A stretch of DNA of 63,574 nt, filler included, from Rozella allomycis CSF55 (lineage: Eukaryota), in assembly GCA_000442015.1 (NCBI GenBank). It is 9 parts of 9 records of this genome, joined end to end, with 100 filler letters (N's around TTAATTAATTAA, not from the genome) between each part and the next. Parts side by side here need not be neighbours in the genome. Positions count along the whole stretch, not along the records: positions 28,700 to 36,451 come from KE560779.1; positions 36,552 to 50,408 come from KE560781.1; 7 more parts are not named here. One strand, 5' to 3'. A model generated the notes under the pieces. That model ran no database searches. It saw only the letters and a program-made list of their open reading frames with translations, and had not been told where the DNA came from. Made by a program: the position numbers and the translations under genes. Below, piece by piece: positions 35,959 through 49,429 of this stretch. Every line of letters starts with the position of its first letter. Within the stretch, counting starts at the first letter, position 1.

Positions 35959-36552
35959 TTTTGGTGGCAAAGTCGCTTTTTGGTTGAATTAAGATTACTA
36001 CCTTTTAGAAAATAATTCATTCAAATTCTTTATTTTCTTAGTTGGTTAATGGGTTATTGTTAAATCTTGTTATATTGAATTGATTTGCAATGCACATATC
36101 ACATTGTTTTATAATCCATCATAATTAAACGTTGCCAGTTGCAAGTCTAATAAGGTTTGCCCTTTAATTGAACTCAGGGGTGTGGCCTTTGAAGAGTAAC
36201 AAGCAAATATTACCATCCAAAAAATGAAGGTAGATTAGGTGCTAACTTTGCAAGTTTACCTTTGGTGATACTTGAATGAAAAATAGACTTTAAAGCTTAC
36301 TTTATTCAGGCTGTACTTATCGTGTTCCCTGTGCATTAATTGACCTAAGCTTAATTAATAGGCAACCTTGAGTCTGCCGAGTCGGCCAATAAGAAGAAAA
36401 GATTTTGAATTAAATTTGATTTATAGAAAGTTAGGTTTAAGGTTTTTGAAGNNNNNNNNNNNNNNNNNNNNNNNNNNNNNNNNNNNNNNNNNNNNTTAAT
36501 TAATTAANNNNNNNNNNNNNNNNNNNNNNNNNNNNNNNNNNNNNNNNNNNNG

Positions 36553-39500
36553 TTATAAGAATATCGTTATGGTATAGGTAGTAGTTTTGTTTAATCGGTA
36601 ACGTGGGAATATAATGTACTATGGTTGTTAGTGTGGCCGCTTTGGCTAGTTGATCGGCTAGCTCGTTTAGTTCTATACCTGAATGACCCTTTACATGTTC
36701 AAAGATAATTGAGCCTGCGAATTGTGATCGGAGGTACAGGGCATGGTCAATAATATCCAGGTTAGGCGTTTTAGTGGGTTTTAGTGTGTGGTAAGGAAAC
36801 TTTGAAAAAATGGTGTTCATAATTGTAAGAGCATTTTGTGAGTCACTAAATACTTTGATGTTGGCATTTGCCGGGCATTGTGTTAATCCGCTGATAATGG
36901 CAAATAGTTCGGGCCTTGTAGAGGACGGTTGTCCGAGTATTCTGCCAGAAATATTCATTTGTGTTTGACAGGTTTTATTAATAATAATGGATGCATAGCC
37001 AAGATTGTTATTCATGAGGGAGCCATCGCACCATATTTCAAAACGCTGGATATCCGTAGTGGGAGTTAAAAAGGAGATCTTTATTGGTAGAGAGCTGAAT
37101 GCACGTTGTGATGCCGTGGACCTGGTCGTTCTATGTCTGGTTTTGGTACTACAGAATTTACGTTTTAGTGGCAATTTAGTAGCAAGATTTATTGTTGGTA
37201 TCTTGGAATGGCTTAATGCGCGAAGTATTAAGTCAATGGGTTTTGGAATGATCTTATTATGTATATTTAGCGCGCCGCTTTTGCAGCTATGCTGGATTAA
37301 ATCCATATAGGATTTGGTATGCAGTCCAGAGGCATCAATATATGTTTCTATTTGGGGAATTTTAGATGTTAGGGACTTGTATTCCGCAAAGTCGTTCGCG
37401 TCCATTTCATATAGGATATCTTTTCTTAATGGCATATTAGGTCTTAACTGCAGTTGGTGATTGAGTAATGTCTTTGATAAATGCAAGATGTAGTAATTAT
37501 TGGCTTTGCGTTTGTAATCAAATGGTAGTTCAAGTAAATGACCCGGATGTTTGACGGTGGTTGTAATTATGTGGTGTGCGGCCTGGAATATTTGGCCAGG
37601 AAGGTTGTTATTTCGTAAGTGCCAAAAGGCATCGTGAATCCATTGTTTTTTCATATGCTCACCGAAGTTGTTGAGGCCCGTGTTTGGCAGACCCCAGAGT
37701 ATGTCATTGTGGAAATTTTTAGGAAGTTGTAATTTGGCCTTTACGAATTGAACAAGAAGTTTGTCAAATTTGTGCAGTTGAACATCAGTCATTGGTGTAA
37801 GTCTTAGGCGGTAAGTCAGTTTGGGGATGATGACTGTATTGCAAATTTCAATTGCAATAGGGCCTGATATAGATTTCCGAGACACTAAGTATAAAAGTTG
37901 TTTCAGTTCAGAGTATGCGTGGTCAATGGTGGCTAGCGAACAACTTGCCATTGTTCGGAACATACCAAGTGTGCGAAACACATGGTCTGAATCAAATTTG
38001 TGGGTTATTGGTTGATGTGCAACGTGGATATATCCAGGAAGTAAATTTTGGAGAACTTCATTTGTTACATTCGCAATGGTGGCACATTTTGGTGGTTGCA
38101 TTGTCATGCGATTATGAAGCAGGAAGTCGTGGGTAATGTCAAAACTAACTTGCAATTTGGTAGGCGAATCTGATATTATTGTTATATCGTCTGCAGAACC
38201 TACAACGGCTATGTTAATTGTTTCGGAAACGGTAAACCCTAGTTGGGAGTTTTGTAGTTTACACAGGAGTGGGTCATAGAAAATAGTCCATAATATGGGC
38301 GATATGGGGTCTCCCTGCGGCACGCCGCGTTTAACTGTGAATGCTTTTGTGTAGCCGTAATATGACTCGATCATTACTGTGCGGTTGGCCTCCAGACCGA
38401 GGATGAGTTCGATAAATTGGTGGGGTAATTTGAGCCTGGTAAGTGATCCCCGGATAGCTTCGGGTGGTACAGTGTCGAAAGCTTTGGCGACGTCGACTAG
38501 ACCCAGCCAGATTTGTCGTTTTTGAAAGTTAGCGATGTCGATAGTGTTTGTTAAAATAGAAAGGGAATCAAATGTTGACATATTTTGGCGAAATCCGAAG
38601 TTAGGACCTTGTAGGATGGAGTGTTGTTCAAGTGTTGATGTTAGTCGTTTAGTTATAATAGAGGTAAACAGTTTTCGAAAAGTTTCTAGTAATGTAATTG
38701 GTCTTAATTTGTCTAGTTCTCCAGCCCAGTCATTAATCTTTGGTAAGAGAATGATTTTTCCAGTGTTGACTTTATTTGGGAGAAAACCTGTTTTCATAGT
38801 AATATTAAATAGGTTGACTATAATTTGCAATGGAAGCTGTGGCAAATGTTTCCAAATCTCGTTAGTTAAACCAGTCATGCCAGGCGCTTTCTTCTTTGGA
38901 CTGTCGGAGATAGTGGCTTGAAGTTCCAGAATTGTAATTGGTTGCATTAAAGATGAATAGATAGTTGGATTAATGTCCTCAAGTGGCGGAAAATTGTCAT
39001 GCCAGAATGTTGTAATATGGCCCGTGTTGTCATCATAATTCGTAGGGGCGAAAAGGCTTTCAAAGTGGTGTGCAACATTAAGTAGCACCTGATCTGGATC
39101 GTCTGTAAGTTTACCGTTGGTCTTGGTAATATTCACGCCATTGAAGTCATTTGTGCGATTTAATATTGAATTCAGAATATGTTTTTTATTGTTAAGATAA
39201 TTACAAAGGCGATGATTGTTGAGTCGTTCNGTAAATGTTGGGATTAATGTGTTCAAGTGGTGGGAAATTGTCATGCCAGTAAGCTTGAATACTTCCAGTG
39301 TTTTCATCATAATTCGTAGGGGCGAAAAGGCTTTCGAAGTGGTTTGAGACATTAAAAAGCACCTGATCCGGATCGTCAGTAAGTTTACCGTTGGCCTTGG
39401 TAATGTTCACACCATTGAAGTCATTAGTGCGATTCAATATTGAATTCAAAATTTGTTTTTTATTGTTAAGATAGTTACAAAGGCGATGATTNTAAATGCA

Positions 39501-42500
39501 ATGTTTTTCAAGTGTCGTTGTTAATCGTTGTGTAATAATAGAGGTAAACAATTTTCGAAAGGTTTCGAGTAACGTAATTGGTCTTAATTTATCTAGTTCA
39601 CCAGCCCAGTTATTGATCTTTGGTAAGAGAATAATTTTTCCAGTGTTAACTTTATTTGGGAGAAAACCTGTCTTCATAGTAATATTAAAAAGGTTGACAA
39701 TAATTTGCAATGGAAGAGGTGGTAAATGTTTCCAAATCTCGTTAGTTAAGCCTGTCAAGCCAGGCGCTTTCTTCTTAGGACTGTCGGATATAGTGGCTTG
39801 TAGTTCAAGAATTGTAACTGGTTGCATTAATGTTGAGTAAATGTTGGGATTAATGTGTTCAAGTGGTGGGAAATTGTCATGCCAGTAAGCTTGAATACTT
39901 CCAGTGTTTTCATCATAATTCGTAGGGGCGAAAAGGCTTTCGAAGTGGTTTGAGACATTAAAAAGCACCTGATCCGGATCGTCAGTAAGTTTACCGTTGG
40001 CCTTGGTAATGTTCACACCATTGAAGTCATTAGTGCGATTCAATATTGAATTCAAAATTTGTTTTTTATTGTTAAGATAGTTACAAAGGCGATGATTGTT
40101 GAGTCGTTGAAAGTAATCTGATATGTGCTTCTTGGAAAACCGTTTTATGATTTTATTAATTATATTCAGATCTACGACTGTATCGATTTGTGTGCATATG
40201 TTTTGGAGAGACGCCATATCTTCTTCGCTTAAGTTAATATCATGTTTTAACTTTGCTTTAATAGGTAAGAGTATATTGCGTAGTGTTTTGATACCTTGAA
40301 TCGAAATGTGTTTTGTGCGCAATGCGTTTTCGGGATGGTGCGGTGTATGGTAAATGTTTTTTTGCCCGTTTGCGAATGGTATTCAAAAGGACGTTCGTAT
40401 ATTCGTTCATCAAATGCTGAGTTTGGTTTTCTTGTGTGTCAATGTGACTTATTTTTTGCTTAATACCCTGAAGGGTGGTGTCGTTTGCAATTGAATGTGA
40501 AAATGAAACTATTTGTTCTGGCGAGCACATGTCCCACGATATTTTGTAACGGTTGTAATCAATAAATTGTTGTCTGCGTTGGGGTAGTAAAATACGCAAA
40601 GTTATTGCTTTATGGTCCGTATCAATCAACATGTCCTTAAGGATGTCGCACTCACTAACCGCCAGTAAAGCCCGGGTATTAATAAGAAAATAATCAAGTC
40701 GAGCTTCAAATATGGTGTCTTTATTTCTGTGGCTAAACGTAAAATCTTGATGGAGCGAGTGTAAATGTCTAAACGGGTCATAAAACTTTTTCCGCATTAG
40801 CTTGTGTATTTGTTTTAGTTCTGGAATTTGTGATGTGTCGTTGTTAGTTCTATCAAGCAGTGGGTTCAATACGGAATTCCAATCTCCCCTCAACATAATT
40901 ATAGTAGTACGAGGCATTTTGTTTATGGTTGTTTCAATGAAGTCAAATAGCCTTTGAGTTTCGAGTCTNGTCCAAAATGGTGTGTGTATTTCTGTGACTA
41001 AACGTAAAATCTTGTTGGAGCGAGTATAAATGTCTGAACGAGTCTTAAAACTTTTTGCGCATTAGCTTGTGTATTTGTTTTAGTTCTGGAATTTGTGATG
41101 TGTCGTTGTTAGTTCTATCAAGCAGTGGGTTCAATACGGAATTCCAATCTCCCCTCAACATAATTATAGTAGTACGAGGCATTTTGTTTATGGTTGTTTC
41201 AATGAAGTCAAATAGCCTTTGAGTTTCGAGTCTTTAGTCTACAGTTTTTGGGTTGCTGGGCACATAAATGGACCCTAGAAAATATATTTTATCTTTTATA
41301 TTTAATTGCAGAAGGACCGCTCGATCAGGATATTCCCAGTGACGTTGGACGTGTGGATTTAGGTGTTTATTAATCATAATGCAGGTACCTTTGCCCTTGG
41401 TATTTGTATTTATTGCGTTATGTGGGTGTATCTGTATAACAATGCACTAGTTTGGACAAACCGGAAGTTCTGAGCCAATGTTGGATATCCTTATCATTAC
41501 TCCAGGTTTCTTGAAAGAAGTATACATTATAGGTATCTTGCCTGATAAGTTCATCAATTTGGTGTTTTTTGAAATCAGATCTGTTTTGAAGGATAAAACT
41601 CTGAACATTTTGGAAGTAGATATATAGTGAGGGTGACTGGGTTTCTCCCGGTGGATCTTCGAGTTTGACTATAATTTGCAATGGAAGAGATGGTAAATGT
41701 TTCCAAATCTCGTTAGTTAGGCCTGTCAATCCAAGCGCTTTCTTTTTAGGACTGTCGGATATAGTGGCTTGTAGTTCACGAATTATAACTGGTTGCATTA
41801 ATGTTGAATAAATGTTGGGATTAATGTGTTCAAGTGGTGGGAAATTGTCATGCCAGTAAGCTTGAATACTTCCAGTGTTTTCATCATAATTCGTAGGGGC
41901 GAAAAGGCTTTCGAAGTGGTTTGAGACATTAAAAAGCACCTGATCCGGATCGTCAGTAAGTTTACCGTTGGCCTTGGTAATGTTCACACCATTGAAGTCA
42001 TTAGTGCGATTCAATATTGAATTCAAAATTTGTTTTTTATTGTTAAGATAGTTACAAAGGCGATGATTGTTGAGTCGTTGAAAGTAATCTGATATGTGCT
42101 TCTTGGAAAACCGTTTTATGATTTTATTAATTATATTCAGATCTACGACTGTATCGATTTGTGTGCATATGTTTTGGAGAGACGCCATATCTTCTTCGCT
42201 TAAGTTAATATCATGTTTTAACTTTGCTTTAATAGGTAAGAGTATATTGCGTAGTGTTTTGATACCTTGAATCGAAATGTGTTTTGTGCGCAATGCGTTT
42301 TCGGGATGGTGCGGTGTATGGTAAATGTTTTTTTGCCCGTTTGCGAATGGTATTCAAAAGGACGTTCGTATATTCGTTCATCAAATGCTGAGTTTGGTTT
42401 TCTTGTGTGTCAATGTGACTTATTTTTTGCTTAATACCCTGAAGGGTGGTGTCGTTTGCAATTGAATGTGNGAGTCGTTCAAAGTATTCAGATATGTGCT

Positions 42501-45500
42501 TTTTCGAAAACCGTTTGATGATGTTATTAATTATATTCAGGTTTAAAGAGGAAGGTACACTCCAATCCCTATCGATTTGTGTGCAAACGTTTTGGAGCGA
42601 CGAAATATCGTCTTCGCTCAAGTTCATATCTTGTTTAAACTTTGCCTTAATAGGTAAGAGTATAGTGCGTAGTGTTTTAAGACCTTGAATAGAGATTTGT
42701 TTTGTGCGAGCCTTACCTTTTCTGGATGGTGCAGTGTATGGTAAATGTTTTTTTGCGCGTTTGCGGATGGTATACATAAGGGTGTTGGTATATTCGTTCA
42801 TCAAATCATGAAATTGGTTTTCGTCTGTATTAATGTGACGACTTTTTTGCTCAATACCCTGCAGGGTATGGTCGGTTGCAATTGAATGTGAGAAGGATAC
42901 TATTTGTTCCGGCGAGCACAAGTCCCAAGATATTTTGTAACGGTTGTAATCAATAAATTGGTTTCTGCGTTTTGGTAGTAAGATGCGAAGCGATATTGCT
43001 TTATGGTCCGTATCAATATACATGTCGTTAAGGATGTCGCAATCAATGACCCCCAGTAACGCTCGGGTATTTATTAGAAAATAATCAAGTCGCGCTTCAA
43101 AAATTGTGTTTTGATTTCTGTGGCTAAACGTATAATCTCGGCGGAGCGTGTGTAAATGTCTGAACGGGTCATAAAACCTTTTGCGCATAAGCTTGTGTAT
43201 TTGTTTTAGTTCGGGGATTTGTGATATGTTATTGTTACTTCTATCAAGCATTGGGTTCAACACAGAGTTCCAGTCTCCCCCTAGTACAATTATAGTTGTA
43301 AGAGGCAAATTTTTGATTGTTGTCTCAATAAAGTCAAACAGTGTTTGCGTTTCGTGTCTTTGTTCAATAGTGTTCGGGTTGCTAGGCACGTAAATGGACC
43401 CCAAGAGGTATATTTTATCTTTTATATTTAATTGCAAAAGAACCGCTCTGTCTGGAAATTCCCAGTGACGTTGGACGTGTGGATGTAGGCATTTATTAAT
43501 CATAATGCAGGCACCTTTGCCTTTTGTGTGTGCATTAGTTGCGTTAGTAGGTGTATCTGTATAGCAGTGAACTGCTTTGGACAAACCAGAAGTTTTTAAC
43601 CAATGTTGGATGTCATGGTCATTACTCCATGTTTCTTGAAAAAAGTAGACATTGTAGGTTTCTTGCCTAATCAACTCATTGATTTGGTGTTTTTTAAAAT
43701 CGGATCTATTTTGAAGGTTGAAACTGTGGACATTTTGGGAAAAGATATATAAGGAGGACAATTGGGTGTCTCCCGGTGGCGAGCGGGGTTCGTGTTTTAA
43801 GTTTGTGTTTTTACATGGGTTCGACTTTTGACTTTCGGAATCATCAGTAAGGTTACTGATAAGGATACTCATGCTAAGACTGAATTTGAGTTTCCAATTA
43901 GACTTGGATTTGTATTGATAGTTGTTGTGCCCATAGTGACTGTATAGTTGATTTACATGAAGGCGGAGCAATCTGGCAAGAAAATTTGTGAAGGATATTA
44001 TTTGAAAGGTCTGCGAATAAAGTTCATTATGTTCATTTATTTTTGGTTTTTTTGCACTTGGAGAATCATCTTGTGCGGTAGTAGGTTGATCATCTTCTTT
44101 ATCAGTGTTGGCATTGGTGTCATCAACGAAGTCAGACATTTCCATTTCTTCGTACGTCGGAGTCTTCATAATATTGTTTTCGTCACATAAGATGGAGTTC
44201 GCTTCATTTTTTTTCAAATTGTCATCATGTATTTCGCTTGCCGGGGGTGGCTTGGAGATAGTGATGGGACTTTCGGATGGGGGTTGAAGTTCCGGAAAGG
44301 CTTTGTCGATGCTTGAAGTCATTGGTGGTTGCAGCTCCGTTTGTTTTGTATCTTGTGCTTTCAGTTTCATTCTTAATTCATCAGCTAGGATTTGCATTGA
44401 ACATGGGTTGTTTGATGAGGACCCACCTACATAGTACCAATTAGTTTTAAACAACGTGCCACCGTTTTTAATATGGCTCAATATTTTTGAGGAGGCTTCA
44501 AACGACTTTGTTTCAAGAAACAATTTTGAAGGTGGGATGCGACGAATGTTTACAACTCCAATCTTGACAAGTTCTTCTTTGGTTTTACGCTCGAAGAAGT
44601 CCGTTCTAACAGATGACAAAGATTTTTCAAGAATAAGATGATTCGGCGCTAATGCGTGAAGTCTTTCCCAAGAGCTGGCAACTTGAAGGGAGTTACCTGA
44701 TCCATCCACAACTCTTCGAACTAAAGGCATAGTTGCAATATCAACTGCTTGATACAGATTCAGCGGCGTGATTTTAAAAAAGGCAGTGCCCGGTTTCTTA
44801 GTATTGTATTTCTTAATCGCGAATACTCCTAGATTGCTATTACCTGAAGTGGCATCTCTCAGCTCGCGTTTCATATGAGCAGATAGTTCTTGGGTTGTTT
44901 TAATTTTTGTAAACGAGCAGTCAATGAGAATTTCGTCCAGATCCGAGACGGACGTATGGTGTCTAGCGGATGCCGTAGCTTCTTGAATGTATTTTACTAT
45001 CAATCTTCGTGTATCAGGGGAGCATTCTGCTTCGACGTCTTCGAAAATGACACTCAAGCGGTTTTCATCATCACGGTAGAGAAAATATTTGTTGAACCTA
45101 ACGGCTCTGTTCACAGCGCTAACGATAACTTCCTTTTGGTTGGTGTCTTCGATGGTGACTTTGACTTTCATTTCAATTGCAAATCCAGGGTTGAAAATTT
45201 TCACGAATTTGACAAATTTAGCGTTTTTATTTGGTAAATTTATTAGTTCGGGAGGTTGCCGGCACTCCAGGATGAATTTGATTGGTTGATTCTTTGGTTT
45301 CACGGTAATTGGAGTAGATTTATTCAAAGTTGTTGTTTTTTCATTTTGCGATTCGGATAGAAGCAGATAATGTTTTTTCCATCTCGCATGTTCATGTTCG
45401 GGTGTCTGGTGAGTCTCTCCAAAACCCACTGAATGAGTTAATATAAAAAGGTTCTTGTTATTGTAAAATATTAATATTGTTACTATATCTAAGGGACCCG

Positions 45501-45528
45501 AAGGCCAATGAAAGCCCGAAGGNGCTAG
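36553..45528 (-). mobile_element. Non-LTR retrotransposon (N-terminal extension, APE endonuclease, reverse transcriptase, RNase H), assembled as a mosaic of several copies
   Basis: APE motifs SQNV, FFQETW, SIYVP, GGDWN, RLDYFL and TDH in 42229..45549. RT motifs KAPG, RPITLLE, GFR, DVAKAFDTV, GVPQGDPISP and SADD, plus RNase H (WCDGS, RPELFAI, SDSQ, HVKGHSGIELNELADQLA), in 36553..39229. Repeated fragments lie between. Confidence 0.95.
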
Positions 45529-45573
45529 ACAGAATAAATAAGCTAACATATTAGATAATGCATTTATATATTA

Positions 45574-46871
45574 TCATGAAACATCGTCCGCTTTAATCTT
45601 TTTCGTAGAATGTTTGGATTCCTCACGCTGCTCCCAGTTTTCTTGAATAACTGGTTGAAGTTTTAAAAGCTAAATAAGGAAAAAACTGTAAATATACTTT
45701 ATCCTTTGTTATATTATGTGTGATGCTTCGAATGATTTTGTCGACGATGGAGAAATCATTTGGAGTATCTTTATCAGTCCTAACCCTCATAAATTTCCAT
45801 CCTCCTTTGTCCTCATAATAGGAATTTTTGTCAAAATCAAAACCTTTAGTTATTTTCTCCTTATCGAAATAACATTCAATTATACAAGACTCATTATTGT
45901 TATGGGAAACCCTAGAAACATTAAGAGTATTCAATACCAGTCTAAAAACTCATCATCAGGTGAATAGAAAGCATAAAACATTGGCATGCCTTTTTGATTG
46001 CAATACAAATTATAGACATCATGTTCATGGTCAAAAGTGACAATGAAATCTACAGTGTTCATCTCAGGACTTTTCCATTTCAATACTTTTGAAGAAGTTC
46101 CAAAAATGTATGGCTCATTAACTGGCGTGAAAATCAAGCCGTCGTTGCCGTGGCGAAGGTTAGGTAAGACTTCATCAAATTGCTTTTGTAGTTCAATAAC
46201 TTTTTTCATTCGCTTTAGATAGACACTTTCGATAGTAAATTCACAATTTACCCGAATGGTGAATTAGCTTGATAAGCTTTTGAATTTCTTATTGGCTTGA
46301 CTATGAACACCTCGGCTTTTCCTAGACGAACAAGAAGATTTCTTGAGGTAACGTTTTGGCCACAAAGCATTAGGCAATCAAATATTAAATATCTAAGTCT
46401 TCTCTATCTAAACTATCAACTGTTCGTGTACGATATTTCCAGGTTCTATATCTACCACAAATTCGCCGTCCACTATAGTTTCATTATGAAATTCTGATGT
46501 TTCTGTGGGAAACCAAATGTTTTCGGCTCTACGGATTTCATTCTTCCTATCCATCTTTTAAGTAGAGACAGAAAATCATACCAGATATGTTCTGGGCTTC
46601 CCTCCGTAAAACAAAAGAACAAGCAATGATCGAATACCATCGCTTTTTTCACAAACTAAATAATCTTCGTTTAGCAAGAAGGAAATGTTTTGTTTGTCCA
46701 TACTGACGGGTTGCATTCCTGGAAACCTAAATCTTGTAGGTGTTATTCTTGCTACTGGTTCTTTCGTTTCAGTTCAAGCTTGTTTTTAATAAAACTTAAT
46801 ACCACCTGAGACTCCCTATAATCAACGAGATGCGAAAACTTGTCAAGATCGGGAAGGGTGTGTGTCGACAT
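45574..46871 (-). CDS. CEG1: mRNA capping enzyme, guanylyltransferase subunit, multi-exon
   Basis: FPGMQPVSM, motif I VCEKSDGIR, DGEFVVD, YLIFDCL, HGNDGLIFTP, motif V LKWKSPEMNTVDF, IIECYF and WKFMRVRTDKDTPN. Confidence 0.93.
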
Positions 46872-46976
46872 TATTCAACCTGAAAAATACAAAAGAAAAA
46901 TGTTGATAAATACGAAATTTAATGCAGGAACAAAATATTTTCCTGAAATAGTTCCTTAATTCCCCGAGTGCTAGAG

Positions 46977-48517
46977 ATGTTGGATGAAGAAATTGATAAA
47001 ATATTTGCTAAGCTACCAGGGAAGGTGATATATAAGTTATATTCTAAATAAAGGAGGACTCGAATGTGGTTGCCTCATTTAAGAAATTGTTCCCCCGTCT
47101 TCAACAGCAAAATATTTATTTATTTATTGCTTTCTTTTGTATACCGTAGATGGGCCCTCAAGNTAAGTTTGTTGTAGATTATGACTCTAGGAGTGCCAGA
47201 AATAAAAAACGGATAGTTGTTGTAAAAAAGAAATTTCATCCTACAGCAAAATATCAAACAGATGTTTCGGACATACAAGCACGCTTATAGAGGCGAAGAA
47301 ATTGTTTCCAAAATGATCGACAATAAAATATCAGAATCAAGAGTAGAGGCTGAGAACTTATTGCAAAAAATGCAAGATGCGCATCTTGTATTTAATGCAG
47401 CATCATCCAAAGAGGCATGCAAAGACAAGCATAAGAGCATTGTTTCCTTGACATTAAAAGGAAAAATAATATTGTTCGACGATGCTTTTTTAATGAAAAG
47501 TTTAGATCATTTGGATGCAACTTACGAGGATCAAGATGTGACCCAGGAGGATTTATTGGCATTTACTCATCATCAATTTCAAATCATCAATGTGTATAAA
47601 TTAAGTCAAGAATCAAGCTGTGGACCTGAAACATACGGATTGCTTCTCCAAAGAATGGCCTTCGTTCCAGATGTATTTCTTTCTGAATTTTCTGATCATC
47701 TGAATATACAAAATAATACTGGGTTGAGCATGGATTTGAAAGATAGAATAATCAGACTTCGTAACCTTAAGAATACGTTTTGTGGGTTCGAAGCTGTGGA
47801 GTGGTTACTTGATAACACAGACATTGAGACTAGGGAGCAAGGATCTTTACTGATGACAGTACTTTTAAAGCGAAATCTAATCTTTCCAGTCAACAAGGAA
47901 GAAGACAAATTCCTTGATTCCAAAGATTGTATCTATATGTTTCCGGCGATTGCTATGAAGACAATTTTAGCAAAGCCAAACGAACAGATCGACGAAAAGA
48001 TAGAAACCAGCGAGGAAGACTCTGCAGCTCAGGCCGCGCTGATCGCCAATTCAAAAAATATTGTTTTACAAAATATCATTGATAACGCTGAGACCTGTAA
48101 GGTATTCAAGGACTTTCTTGGTAATGACATCCTGATTTGATTTATTTAGCCACCATGTATTGTACCGAGAATTTAGACTTCTATTTGATTACCAAACGGT
48201 ATGCCGAACTGTTTGATTCAAATGGTGTCACTGACAAAAATGAAGAAGTTTCTTCGCTTGCAAAAGAAATATGGTCAACTTTTTTGGAAAATAAAGAGCT
48301 AAATGTTGAAGATTCATTGTGGAAGTTGGTCCAGAAGCAGGTACAAAATTTAGAATTTACATTTGATCTCTATCGTAGTATGCAGAAGCACATATTTGGC
48401 ATGATGGTAACAGATTCTTTGGCTAAATTCACCAAAACAAGAGGATTCAGGGAAATTCAAGACAAACTCATTTTCATGTCCATGGTATCAAGCAAGCACA
48501 GAAAACAAAGCATTTAG
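46977..48517 (+). CDS. Regulator of G-protein signalling with two DEP domains (Sst2/FlbA-like architecture)
   Basis: DEP segments FRTYKHAYRGEEIV and LKNTFCGFEAVEWLL; RGS domain FKDFL..MYCTENLDFY...ELNV...MVTDSLAKF. 5' exons are uncertain because of the N join at 47163. Confidence 0.85.
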
Positions 48518-48586
48518 CCTTTAGTAATAAATACAATTTAACAGATATATATATACATGTATAAACAATTCATACATTTATTGCAT

Positions 48587-48621
48587 ACAAGTCTCGCAGT
48601 GCTCGTTAACTGGACGGGGAG
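48587..48621 (+). repeat. ~35-bp dispersed micro-element, copy B
   Basis: ACAAGTCTCGCAGTGCTCGTTAACTGGACGGGGAG. Confidence 0.9.
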
Positions 48622-48659
48622 GTGTTTGAGGTGAAGTTCATACCATTGATTAATTGATT

Positions 48660-49300
48660 TATAACAATAGCAATATTTATAATGGTAGATAATGTGATCA
48701 TTGATCACATTAATTGTACCAATTGAAGAAATAATTTGTCGCCAATAAGTCTATTGGTCGAAATCATCCCAATGGACTTTCAAGTGTAACAATGATATTT
48801 TCCCTGTTATTGACTAGTGTTTAGATCGTAATTATGTTTATGGACGTGAATATCCGTGCTATCAAGGACCCTTTAGTAGACATCACCCCCTTCCAATAGC
48901 TGGAGGCGTTGATAATATTTTAATAGTGNTCTAGTCACAACAGTTGAGAAATAATTATATATACAATTGAATGAAGTGTTAATGTGATGTTTGATCACAT
49001 TAAATGTCCTGAAAGTGGAAATTAGTTACCTTCATCATAGGTAGTCACTTAAGTTCATGCCAATTGTTAATTAGTTTATAATGTTAGAATTTAGTTATTA
49101 TATTGAATAATGTGATCATTGATCACATTGCTTATCCTGATTGCCGACATAAGTTAGCTTCATCATGGGTAGTCATCGAAGTAATCCAAATGAACCTATG
49201 GTTATAATAATGACATATTTCGTGTAAATGACTAGTGTTTAGATCGTTATTATGTTTATGGACGTGATTATCCGTGCTATCGTCAAGGACCTTAAGTAGG
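48660..49300. repeat. Degenerate non-coding tandem repeat containing the 21-bp palindrome AATGTGATCATTGATCACATT
   Basis: Palindrome at 48691-48711 and 49109-49129, variant at 48981-49001; TGACTAGTGTTTAGATCGT..TATGTTTATGGACGTG repeated at ~48811 and ~49229. Confidence 0.75.
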
Positions 49301-49429
49301 TCTGGTATGACANGCGCGCTGAAAGAAAGGGTTGAGCACGAGTACAAAGAGAATTCGTCTGCGTTTCTTTTGGTTTTGTAATTGAAACTGGCATTGTTTT
49401 CTTGCGTTTTTGCAAGCGTTATATTTTAG

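Noticed and set aside
39231-42470. Scrambled order of LINE endonuclease and RT fragments
   Set aside because: Mostly N-joined contigs from different genomic copies; not evidence of a rearranged element.
48691-48711. Resemblance of the palindrome to a bacterial CRP site, and of the dispersed 35-bp repeat to a CRISPR repeat
   Set aside because: The spacer is 7 not 6 bp and the context is eukaryotic; the 35-mers are kilobases apart with no spacer array or cas genes.
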